From Camelus ferus (taxonomy: Eukaryota): a DNA stretch of 64,000 nucleotides. This document shows, piece after piece, positions 10,550 through 21,471 of this stretch; the stretch's first letter is position 1; every line of letters begins with the position of its first letter. The stretch spans positions 8,310,001 through 8,374,000 of the forward strand of contig NC_045696.1 in NCBI RefSeq assembly GCF_009834535.1. The letters are read 5' to 3'. The notes under the pieces are model-generated. The model was not told the DNA's origin, did no database searches, and saw only the letters and a program-made list of their open reading frames with translations. The translations under genes and the position numbers were made by a program.

Positions 10550-12550
10550 GGAGAGATTAAGTGTTAAGTCCCTGCCCAAAACAAGAAAGTGACAGACCAG
10601 GGTAAGTCCTGAAGAAACCGGAGCAGGGCAGGCAGAAAAGGATGTGCAGGGACCCTGAGGACAGATCCAGACCCGAGGGCGGGGGTAGCTCTCCGGACAG
10701 GGCAAGAGGAGACTGCCACGGGGTGGGGCTGAACCAGTGCGGCCGGGGCTGCCCTGACCCCAGGGAGTGAGAGCGCCCCTACCCCACCGCTGTGTCCAGA
10801 GACAGGAGCCAGGCACCAGGAGCTTCAGCACCTCCCCGCGATGCAGCTGCTTCCCAGTGAAGCTCTGGGAGGAGGGAGGAAAGAGGGCAGAAAGCTGGGA
10901 GTGGTCTGTGAGAGCAGGTGGCTGGCTTCTGCATGGCCGCCTCCATCTGGTCCGTAGGGCGTTCATCACCCGTGCTCGGGCAGACGCCCTCTCTGCTCGG
11001 GTGTGCTTTCCGAGGACGAAGCCCCCATCTGCCTCCCGCTCTTCCTCCCCACGTGTCTCCGGATTTTACCCTTGTTTAGACTCCTCTCCGCTCTTCAACG
11101 GAGCGAGGAAGGGAGGTCCCCGTGGCCGCAGCAGTGCTCTGGGCCTCAGCCCTTGTTGATGTCAGTATCTTGCTGAATGTGAGCCTCAGATGTGGAAATC
11201 ACCGAGGCCCGTCACCTCCTAAGGAACCAATATGCATATAGTTCAGCTTTCAGTTTACAGGGAGGGCTTAATAGTTCTGCTGCTTTCACCAAGTCCTGTA
11301 TTTAAAAGCGTTCAACACTGACCTGGCCGGAGTAGACCCAGCTTTACTAATGCGGTCGGGGTTCCGTAGCCTGAGCTTGGCACAACCCGGAGAGCAGTGC
11401 GCCCGGTACGGCGCGAGGCGAGGCTCCCGTTGAGTGTGCTCCAGGTTGTATAAAGAGCTGCAAATAAATAAGAGTGTGCTGGTAGCTGGTAACTTGGAAT
11501 TCAGAATGTAAAGACACTATCCAGTCAAGGCGACCACAGTATCCGTGGATACTAAAGGGCTTGACTCCACTTAATGAAAAAATGCAAATTAAAGACCTGG
11601 CTTCGTTCTTCCTCCCACAGAGCTAGAAGCCAGGCAGTCGCGCCCCCAGGGAGCCGGGCTCCAGGTTCACTGCGGCCTACCCTGGGAGGCTGACCGTGCC
11701 CAGGGTCAGACCTCAGGTGGCCTTGGCACTGAGGACCCTGTTCCCTTCCGTCCCTTCCGTCGGCTGCAGCGCCCCCTGGTGCTGTGCGCTGGAAATGCTC
11801 CTCCCAGCTCCAGTTGCCCCAAGGAGCCTCTCTGCTTAGCAAGAGCCGCTGGGCAGCCCTCTTCCCCTAGAACAGGCGGAGGCAGCATCGCTCCTCAAAC
11901 CTGCGTCTCCTGACACTAGAACATTCCTTAATGGGAGAATGCCAACTGGTTACTCCACAGTCCGCAGTCCCACAGGAGTCGTTCGTTCGTTCCTTTTTTT
12001 TTTTTCTCACCCTATCTCACCCTGCCTCAACACGTGGATAATGTGGGTGGGCACACACCCGCTTCAGCAGCGGCCGGGGTTCTCTTTAGGAGCGCCAGGC
12101 AGTGTGAGCTCTCTTGGATGCTGAATTCGGTGTTTCCCGGGCTTAAGATCGCAGAGTGCTGGAGGCCTGATCGCTGTGCAGGGACGGGCCCAGCGGGGAA
12201 GCATTCCCTTCCGGCCCCTCGCCAGGCTGCCAGCTGTATTGCTGTTTCCCGTTGCAGCGTTGCTGCTCCGGAATGCGTCTGGTCCCAGCCCTGGGAGGGA
12301 AACACTGCCTGAATCTACAGTCCGTTTATCATCTTCAGGCTGTGTGACTCACCACGAAGCTGGATGAAACAGCTTCTCAACAAATGGAAGCTTCCACTGT
12401 TAGATCAAAAGGATCGCTCCATGCCGGCTTGTAATTTGGCGTTTGCGCGGAGGGCTGCGTGGCCTTGGCGGAGGGCGTGGTGGCGCTCATCACAGGCACC
12501 GAAATTCTCTGCGCTGTTTGCCCAGCTGGTGTCTGGTGTTTAGAGAGCTA
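10550..12550. promoter_or_regulatory. CpG-enriched, repeat-poor segment (possible internal promoter or enhancer)
   Basis: Many CpGs (gcccggtacggcgcgaggcg, gcgtttgcgcgg), GC-box-like gagggcgggg at ~10676 and a CTCF motif at 11767; not quantified. Confidence 0.45.
11764..11786 (-). promoter_or_regulatory. CTCF motif (reverse)
   Basis: cagcgccccctggtgc; its reverse complement GCACCAGGGGGCGCTG is one mismatch from CCACCAGGGGGCGC. Confidence 0.6.
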
Positions 12551-13776
12551 TTTAGATTCTCCCATAGAAAGGACAACTTTCCATTCTTGGAGAAACCACA
12601 GTGATTAAGTACATATAAGAGAAAAGCATTATGATGACTAATCAGAACAAAATCAATGATTCCTTTTTTGTACTATAAATGATGTGATTTATTGTCCACA
12701 GCTTTTAGCAAGAGTGCGGGTGTGACTTTGGGGTGGGAGAGGAGGGGGCAGAGCTACACAAACGACGCTGAGTCCAGGACCTGGCAGCTGGGAAAAGGAC
12801 AGGGAACACTGATGATACGATTAGGTGCCCCTTTAAAACATGACGTGGGAAATTCTCAACCTTTGTAACAGGGGAAATATTATCTGAGGAAGCCATAATT
12901 TTTGATTAGCTTATATGCAGTCATTTGAGGTCACCCAACCTATCTTCTCTGTCTTAAGGGATGCTTTCTACAGAACCCAGCTTGAAGCTTGAAGAATCTC
13001 ACGTTCCTCTAAATTTCCATGCAGCCAAAAAAGTGGAAAGGCACCTTTGTAGGAAAGCTTCAGTGCCAGAATGCCCACCACCTCATGAGACTGTTCCAGG
13101 TTTTGAGCGGCCTTCACTGTTGGAAAGATTTCCCTCACATTTGGCTGAAAATTGTTTCCCTTTCAGTTTTGTCTTTTTGTCTCAGGGTTGCCCTTTGGAA
13201 CTATATGAAGAAAACCCATCTCTCTTCATACTGTGGTTCTTGCAACTTCTAAAGATGGCACTGGTGTTTGTTTTGTTTTATTTCCTGTCTGAATGTCCTC
13301 ATTGCTTTCTGGTGAGAAGGAGGAACACTGTCACCTCCTGCAGGAGTTTCCCAGTTGCAATATGGACCCCTCATGTTGGTCATGTTCGGAGATCTGTAAC
13401 CTCCTTTGTTTATGACACTATACATCTATTAATTTATCCATCCTGAGATTGCATTTGTTTTTTTGGCAGCTGTGTCACACTGTTGGCTTGTGTTTCTCTT
13501 AAAGTCTGCAGAGCAATCAACCTGCTATTCCCTTACATTTCCATGTACCCAGAGGGTTTGGAAAGAAGCAGAAATGAGAATTTTGACCTAATTACTATTG
13601 ACTTATTTTGGTTTTATCTTGACCTTTGAATGTGCCATTTGATATCAGCATGCCAGTGGATATATTATGATATGCAACTTTGCATATTTTCACATACTTA
13701 ATATGATAGGATCACAGTAAAATACATGTTCTCCTTTGGGAATGGTGCCTGGAGCTTTGTTAGATTCCCCGCCCCC

Positions 13777-14215
13777 AGTTTTATTGAGAAATGGTTGGCA
13801 CACATCACTGTGTAAATTTAAGGCAACAGCATGATGGTTTGCTTTACATATATTGTGAGATGATTACCACAGTAGGCTTAGTTAACGTCTTCCACCTTAT
13901 ATAGGTACAAGTAAAAGAAAAGAAAAAAGCTATTTTTATTTTCATTTATATTTATTCATTTATTTTTTTTTGACATAGAGTTGATTTACAATGATGACTT
14001 GGTTTCAGGTATACAGCAAAGCAATTCAGTTATACACATACACACACACCTGTCTGTTTATGTTTATTCTTTTTCAGATTATTTTCCATTATAGGTTATT
14101 ATATGATACGGGGTATAGTTCCCTGTGCTACAAAGTAGATCTTTGTTGGTTATCTGTTTTATATATAGTAATGTGTGTCTGTTAATCCCAAACTCCTAAT
14201 TTATCCCACCCCACC
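13777..14215 (-). mobile_element. Two abutting L1 3'-end fragments of different subfamilies
   Basis: 13777-13930 (ttttattgagaaatggttggca...gatgattaccacag) and 13931-14215 (tagagttgatttacaatg...atcccaaactcctaatttatccc). Confidence 0.8.
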
Positions 14216-14409
14216 AAAGACTTTTAAATTTATGAATAAGAGATGAAGACTTCCTCCGTCTCTCCTGCCTCATTCTCTCCCCTAAATTTTATCATGCTTT
14301 TAATTAGGTCAATAATGAGTGTCTGCAACACTATAATAATGTAAATATTGCTCACTGCAAGCAGAACCTACTGGAATACTGTGATGACATGTCCTTTATT
14401 TTCTTTCTC

Positions 14410-14515
14410 TCTTTTTAAAAAATGAAGTATAGTTGACCACAACACTTTGTTAGTCTCAGGTGCACACCTGAGTGATTTGATATTTCCAAACATTACTAAA
14501 TGGTCATCACCCGTG
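14410..14515 (-). mobile_element. L1 3'-end fragment
   Basis: tgaagtatagttgaccacaacactttgttagtctcaggtgcaca matches an antisense L1 3' terminus. Confidence 0.7.
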
Positions 14516-15079
14516 TGAGATTCTGAAAGGAGCCGTATGTCTAGGTCACAGCGCATACACAGCTGAGTGAGCTGATGGTGGTGTTCCCAGGACGGAGCTG
14601 ACCTTGCCCATGTAGAAGTTTGAGGGCATTTGTAGGCAGTGTTTGCAGAGCCCTGGGAACCTATTCCAACAGTTTGCCTGGTGCTGGTGTTCGGCTCTGG
14701 CTTAGCAAAGGTACCCAGCACAGCCCCAGCCTTCAGTGCCAGGTACAGCCCCATAGTAACCACCCTTGCACCTTACACAGAGTGGATCCTCCAGAATCGT
14801 TTGTAGGGTGGGCATATTCATTCAAAAATTTGTTATACTTCCATGAATCAATACATAGTATCTGCCTTGAGCAGACAGAGACTGTCCGAAAATCTGTCCC
14901 AACTCTGTCATCACTGGGACAACTGTCAATCTGAAGACCATCCCAGACTAGCGAGACGGCTGGCTCAGTGCTGGGAGACCTGGCCTTTGGGAAAGCAGAG
15001 CTGCCTCCGCCCTCCCACTGCCCTGTGCTGAATCCTTAGCCTCAATCCCCGGAGCCTAAGCATGTTTTTCTCCTTTTTG

Positions 15080-15540
15080 GATTTCTTTAGCACTTGTGGC
15101 TTCTATTAGCCACTTAGGCATTTACACATTTAATTAATATGACTGTTAACTTTTCCTCAAGAGTTTGTCTTGCCTCCCCAGCTAGACTATCCAATCATTT
15201 GTATCCTCCACAGACTTCAGTATGTGGTTCTGCCCATCAAAAGGCCCACATAAACAGATGTGGGATTAAACCGTGGAGATCTGAGGAGATTCAGTTTCTC
15301 CCTCATAAGAAAGTGCAAAGGAAGAAGGGAAACAGACTCCTAGGGAATTCACCTTCTGCGCCAGGCCCTGTGCTGAGAACTTCACATTTGTTACTTGCTA
15401 TGATCCCGGTAAGACTCTTGAGTAAGTATCACCGTCCTCATTTTGCATAATAGGAAATCAAACCTCAGAGAAGTAAATGAACTCTCAAAATTCATACAAA
15501 GACGAGACCAGGCTGGATTTGTACTCAGGTCACCCTGCCT
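15080..15540. mobile_element. L2 3' end (+, ~15080-15265) followed by MIR (-, ~15340-15540)
   Basis: tgtcttgcctccccagctagact...tttgtatcctcca (L2); cctcattttgcataataggaaatcaaacctcagagaagtaaatgaact (antisense MIR core). Confidence 0.65.
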
Positions 15541-15984
15541 GCAGGAGCAGCAGGGCTAAGGAGTCTGTCCTCTCTCCATGGAGGTGCAGCGGGGCTGGAA
15601 GTAAAGACGTTGCTTCTGGCTGTGGCTGCCACGTGGCCACCTTCGAGTTATCAGCCAGGACCGTCTCACTGCCGAAGAGAGATTGGAAGAAGGCCAGGGC
15701 TAAAAGAACAAAGGGACGTAAGAAAGGAAGATGGATAATTACAGACTGCTTAGAGCTCCCTGCGCAGGAAGAACCTCACGCCTGTTCAATAGAGCGAACC
15801 GTTCATAATGAAGTCATTTGTAAGCTGCCGAGAAGGCATAGGAACGACATTGTCTACGTTAGTCCCTTTCTCCCCAGAAGAGGAAGGAGTGTCCTCAGCT
15901 TCTGAAGACAAGGATTTTCGATGATGTTGCGGGGCATTGAAAAGCCAGATCCCCGGTCATCGATCGTGTTTGGAAACTTTTTTC

Positions 15985-16370
15985 AGTCAGGTTAGCACTA
16001 GGCTGTGCTGTAGCAGTATGTAAACCTTGAGAAGTCAGTGGCTCCCACCATGAAGATTTCTTTCTTGCTTGTGAAAATTCCAGTGTGGATTGGGAGAGCT
16101 TCAGGCCAGCTGCCCTCTGTGCTGGGACTTGGCGATCCAGGCTGCTTCCGTCTTGGGAAGCCAGCATCTCTGTATATGGCTTGCAGGTTGCTGTGGCGAC
16201 CATGGGGGGAGGGTCAGTTTTTAAGTGCTTCAGCGTGGAAATGGCACAGATCACTTCCACTCACAGCCCACTGACCAGAACCGGTCAGTGACATTGCCTC
16301 GTGTGACAGTGCGACACTTCCCTGGGAAGAGTGGGTGTGCTTGGGCAATCAGTGACTACTCAGTATCTCT
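15985..16370 (-). mobile_element. Old MaLR LTR (MLT1K/L-like)
   Basis: ctaggctgtgctgtagcag...ggaaatggcacagatcacttccactcacagcccactgaccagaac is typical of antisense MLT1K/L. Confidence 0.7.
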
Positions 16371-16879
16371 GACACATTTCCTTCACTCTCTTCTGCTCAA
16401 AACCCCTTTAAAGGCAGCTCGTTGGTCTTGGGAAAGAACTCAAACTCCTTCATATGGCTCCTGGCCTTGGCCAGCATGTTCCAGTCAAATCGGACATTTC
16501 AAGTCTTTTCAGCCTCAGCATGTCTTCTCTTCCCTACTGCCCTGCTCTTCTGCCTCCCCGAAGTACTCCTCTCCTTCAGTCTTCTGTGGCTAAGTCTCTG
16601 GTTATTTGTGTCAAGGTTGAGGTATCACCTCCTATGGAAACCTTTCGTGCAGCTCTGAATCTGGGTTAGGCGACCCCTCTTTGAACATCCAGGCCATCCT
16701 CTGTTTTCCCCACCACTGCGGAAATGTTCTGTTTGTTAGTCTACAACGTATTGGATTGTGGGCTCTCTGCTGCTTGGAGCCATTGCAAGAACAGTCCCTG
16801 GATACGAGGGCCAGCACACAGAAGAGGCCCAATTGGCATACTTTGGATGGAGGAAGAGAGGGAATCTTCTAAGGCAGAC

Positions 16880-18480
16880 TATATATGATTGCGCTGTGGT
16901 GGATTGGATTCTGAAGTTAATCTGGAAAAGCAAGTGCTCTAGAAGAGCCAAGAAACGTTTGAGAAAGAAGAATGAAGGAGATTCTTACTTTCCTGGATGT
17001 GAAAATGGACTATAAAGTTACAGTACTTCAAAGAGTGAGATTCTGGCCTGGGATGAGACCAGGGGGTGAACAGGATGCTGAGGGCTGATGTTGCTGTCCT
17101 GGTCCAGGTTCCGCAGGGCAGGCCCGGCAGGCTGGAGACAGACTCAACCAGCGTGTCTGCGTTGCTGTGCTGGGCAGAATTGCTGCTTCTTCTGAAAGAC
17201 CTCAGTCTTCGCTCATAAAACCTTCAACTGTATGTGGAGAATTGGTATGTGACCAAAAAAAAGCATTTTAAACCAGCGAAGAAAGGATAAATTATTGAAC
17301 AAATTATGTTTATACATCTGGCTGTAATTTGGTAAAATTACAAAATAATAAATCTAGGACTTAAGAAGTTAAAACATTTAAAGTGTAAGTTGTATCTCTA
17401 ACTTGTACCACATACAGAAGTAAATTTGAAATGATTATAGCTTTAAACATAAATTATTAAAATACTAGTAAACACATAGGAAATATTTTCATTATGTTGG
17501 ACTGGGCAAAAAATATTTAAAAAAATGACATATGGCCCAGAAGTCAAATGGTTGAGAATGTTGTATTTGATAGCATTCAAACAGAGCTCTTCTATGTAAC
17601 TAAAATCCATAAAACTCCAATTTAAAAAAAGCAGATCAAGCTGGGGAAAATACTCGCCATATGTAATTTAAAAAGATTGATGTAAGTGCCTTAGTGCCTA
17701 CAAATCAGAGTTAACAATCCAGTTTAAAATGGGCAAAGGATATGAAGAAGCAGTTCATAGAAGAAAACCTATAAAGAGCTTATAAGCAGAAGAGATGCTC
17801 GCTCTCACTGATGATCAAATAAATGCAAATTAGAACAATGGAATAGCATGTCCTCCAAGAGATCACGTGTAGTAAGAATGGCACTTAGTGTTGATGACGG
17901 TGATATAATATTTTAGGGACAATCTGACAATACCTGATTAAAAACGAGTGCCTATATTTTTGACCTGACAATCATACTGCTTTATCTCTAGGGGGTCCGT
18001 TAAGTGACTTACGGAATATTATTCAGTGTTTAAAGAAGTGAGGTATGGTTACTATACATTCTGACATGAAAATGTCATAGAGACTTAGATTTAAAAAGTG
18101 ACTTACAGAATAGTATGCAATTTATGACCCCATTTGTTAAAAATATGTGCATATATTTTATTTATTTATTTATATTTATTTTTTATTGAGGTACAGTCGG
18201 TTTACAATTTTGTGTCAATTTCTGGTGTACAGCATAATGTTTTAGTCATACATAGACATACACATACTCATTTTCATATTATTTTTCATGGTAGGTTACT
18301 ACAAGATATTGTGTTCATATATTTTATATACACATGGGGAAAAAGTCCTGGAAGAATAGGCAGCAAATTGTTAACAAAGGTAACATCTCAGGAATAGGAC
18401 TTTGGGAACTTTCATTTCTTATTTTCCACATTTTAGTAGTATTATTTTAAAAATAAGTGTGATCATTGTTTATATGATTC
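16880..18480 (+). mobile_element. Old degraded L1M (ORF2 3' part and 3' UTR), interrupted by an MLT2-like piece (~17075-17230) and a young L1 end
   Basis: ORF 16758..17015 contains DWILKLIWKSKCSRRAKKRLRKKNE, matching the L1 ORF2 motif KLILKFIWK..RIAK..LKKKN; later aaaatgggcaaaggatatgaa and aaatgcaaatta L1 motifs. Confidence 0.8.
18156..18310 (-). mobile_element. Young L1 3' end
   Basis: ttttattgaggtacagtcggtttacaat...caagatatt; TSD-like tgtgcatatatttta / tgttcatatatttta. Confidence 0.85.
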
Positions 18481-18509
18481 AAAAAAAAGACAAAAAAGAC
18501 ACTGTTCAG

Positions 18510-18637
18510 TTTATCTATTTATTTAGTTTTTAAATTGAAGTACAATCTGTTACAATGGGTCAATTTCTGGTGTACAGTATAATGTCCCAGTCATGCCTAT
18601 ACAAACATATATTCATTTTCATATTCTTTTTCATTAA
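18510..18637 (-). mobile_element. Young L1 3' end
   Basis: aattgaagtacaatctgttacaatgggtcaatttctggtgtacag...catattctttttcatt. Confidence 0.8.
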
Positions 18638-19649
18638 AAGTTTGCTTCGTTTATATTACCGAAGCTTTAACTGGTTGCATAGGAGCTTACGTACAGAAGA
18701 ATCCTTGTGCCATGTCACACTCAGATATGTTCATTCACTCCTTCCTTCCTTCCTTGCTTCCTTCTTTCTGCAAGCATTTTGTGGATGCCTTTGTTGTGGA
18801 AAGTCTTTTTTCCTGTGTGGCTCTCAATTATGTAATTTTATTCCTCATTTTACTCCAGAAAATGAATAAATTGAAAAGTAAAGAACCTAAAGCAAAGTCT
18901 GCTTGCGGAGGCACCCTCTTGGATACCTGGCAGTGGGCGCTATGGCCGGGAACCAAGTGGAACCTTTATTTGCCTGGATGTCTGAGAGAGTCCCTTTTTG
19001 ATCCCGTCTGAAAGATTGGTGTCGACAGAGGATATTTTTGTTGAAAAAACCCCAGTCCCCTCCATATTCAAATGCGGGTTGATGTTGTGCAGGCTGTCTC
19101 TACTTCAGAGCTATCTGTCGTGTTCCTCTGTGAGTGGGTGGCGGTGCACGGAGGGGATGGACACAGTGGACGTTCGGAAGTTGTGCCATCCAAAGATAGC
19201 TGCGTACGTGTCACACCTCATGATGTTGGAAGATTAAAAGGAAACAATACTCTCTAAACTTTGCCCTGTCTTGGTATCCGCATGTCATGTGAATGGTGGT
19301 TTACTGAATGAAAACCCAGAATAACGTGGTGACAGCACGTTGTCCTGGGTGTGCTGTAACAGGAGTTTTTGTAGGCACAGCAAGTCTGCCCTCTTGATAT
19401 CAAATGCATTTTTGTTTTTGCTCCTGGTTTCTATCTGCATGGAGTTGTATTGCCTTGTATTATTCATTTAATACAAACATGAAGCTTGTTTTGGATACTA
19501 AGCCCTAAATACAACTATGTGAAATACAGGGATATTCTCCCGAAAGATTTTTGGATAGATTTGAACATGCAAAACAGATAAAATTAGTTGCGATTATTCA
19601 TATCACAAAGTGACACTTAGTAATAAAAACTTTCACTGCAGTATCTTTT

Positions 19650-19851
19650 TTTTTAAATTGAAGTATAGTTGATTTACAATATTGTGTTAGTTTCAGGTAT
19701 ACAGCATAGTGATTCTTTTTTTTTTGCAGATTATATTCCATTGTGGGTTATTACAAGGTATTGGGTATAATTCCCTGGGCTATATAGTAAATCCTCGTTG
19801 CTTATCTATTTTATGTGTAGTGATGTGTATCTGTTAATCCTTTTCTCCTCA
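19650..19851 (-). mobile_element. L1 3' end with TSD
   Basis: aattgaagtatagttgatttacaatattgtgttagtttcagg...; flanked by tcactgcagtatctttt (19633-19649) and tcagtgcagtatctttt (19852-19868). Confidence 0.9.
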
Positions 19852-19868
19852 TCAGTGCAGTATCTTTT

Positions 19869-20205
19869 TTAAAACAAGTTTAGTCAGTTTACAATGTGTG
19901 TCAATTTCTGGTGTACAGCATAATGTTTCTGTCATACATGTCCACACATATATTCCTTTTCATATTCTTGTTCATTATAGGTTACTACCAGATATTGAAT
20001 ATAGTTCCCTGTGCTGTACAGTAGAAACTTGTCTTTTTTCTGGTTTTGTGAGGACTTTCCTTGTAGTGCCAATTGTCAGCGATATTCTGCCGAAGCTCAG
20101 TAGGTGTTCTGTGAGAACTGTTCCACATGTAGACGTATTTTTCATGTATTCGTGGAGGACGGTGAGCACTGCGTCTTAATACTCTGCCGTTGTGAAGTCC
20201 CACCC
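19869..20205 (-). mobile_element. Bipartite L1 derivative: ~165 bp of L1 5' terminus fused to ~170 bp of L1 3' UTR
   Basis: 19869-20039 is an L1 3' end; 20040-20205 is L1 5'-start-like (homologous to 5721-5790). A single TSD pair (19852-19868 / 20206-20220) flanks the whole unit. Confidence 0.75.
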
Positions 20206-20925
20206 TCACTGGAGTATTTTTAAAAGAACAATTTTCTCTATTCCGATAAAATATGATGTGATCGATTTTGATGCCGCTTTAAGAGCAGAATCGTGATGAT
20301 GTCAGATATGGTACATTTTACCATCAAAATGCACAAGGCCCTCAGTTTCAGTTTGGCTCGTGGTAAGTGCAAATGGGAGACCTTCTTATCCTTTCCTTTC
20401 CCTCCATCCCTTTGTCTTGTATTTTACCAAATTGTAGTTTCAGACAGCTCAGCTCCTCCCGCCAGCACACAGGTAGAGTTGCCCTGCAGTCAGAGACATC
20501 CTTTAGCTGGAGAGTGGGTGAGGCTATAAGAAGGAACTTAGGCTACAAAGTAGAAATGAAAGTGGAGAATTTGTGAAATTTGACTAATTAAAGCAAAAAT
20601 CTGCAGGACAGAATAACAGTAGTAAGCCAATGGCATAGAATTTATCATTTAAAACATCTCTGGTTTTCTACATTAACTTTATTGGTTAAACAGATAGAAT
20701 TCCTGGAAAATCTGTGGTTACTTTTGCAAGTTCAATGAATGTATTAAGGAAATATCAACCTCTTAGCGATAAGAAATGTTTCTTTAAAAAAAAAAATCTA
20801 AGGACCCGAGTTTGGAAAGGATAAGAAAAGATTTTGCGTGATTTTCTAAGTCCTTGTGTCTGTGCTGAAATGACCTTCTTTATATCCATCTCGTTGATCT
20901 TATTTATATCCAAATGCAAGGCTAG

Positions 20926-21471
20926 TGTCCCGGGCTTCTGCCAGACTCAGCAGATGTACCCGCCCGGATCTGCACACCCCTCTTGCCTCCTGGCTGGAGC
21001 TCCTGCAGCAATGACTTGCTCAGTTCCTGCAATCACGCCTCAGGCTAAGCGGGTCCCCATGCAGCCTGACCAGCAAGAGGGGACCAGCGCCCCAGAGGAG
21101 CCTGGGAAACATCTTGGGAGTGTGGAGAGGTTAAAACCCCATGGGGGCAATTTTGTCCAATGGGAGGTGACGGATGGGAAGGGGCTGGTCAGTGAATTCC
21201 TTTACCTTTCTCCTCCACCCCCAGAAATTGTTCTGAGATGCAGCCGTCCCTGCAGCCTTCCTGAAGACATCACGTGAGGCCATACACTCAGCCAGGCTGT
21301 GTCACAAAGCTTTGGCCAGCTCATCACCCTGCACCCACACGTTTGGGCGCCTCTCCGCTGCCTTGCTGGCCTTTCCCTCCCACCCGTGCTCCTCTAGGAT
21401 CCTACTCTTCAAGGAAGTGTTAGCGCGTAAACATGCCCCACAGTCTGTTGTAGAGAACCTGGGCCAGGATG
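20926..21471 (+). mobile_element. 5' LTR of an ERVL provirus (LTR16 family)
   Basis: ttaaaaccccatgggggcaattttgtccaatggg and end ttagcgcgtaaac...tagagaacctgggccagga are LTR16-like; directly followed by a degenerate PBS/leader gttggaacctagg...ggaaagtagaccctc. Confidence 0.7.

Noticed and set aside
10824..10844. REST/NRSE site (ttcagcacc)
   Set aside because: Only the left half-site is present; the GGACAG half is missing.
12961..13446. 161-aa ORF
   Set aside because: No recognisable homology or splice structure; length is compatible with chance in 64 kb over six frames.
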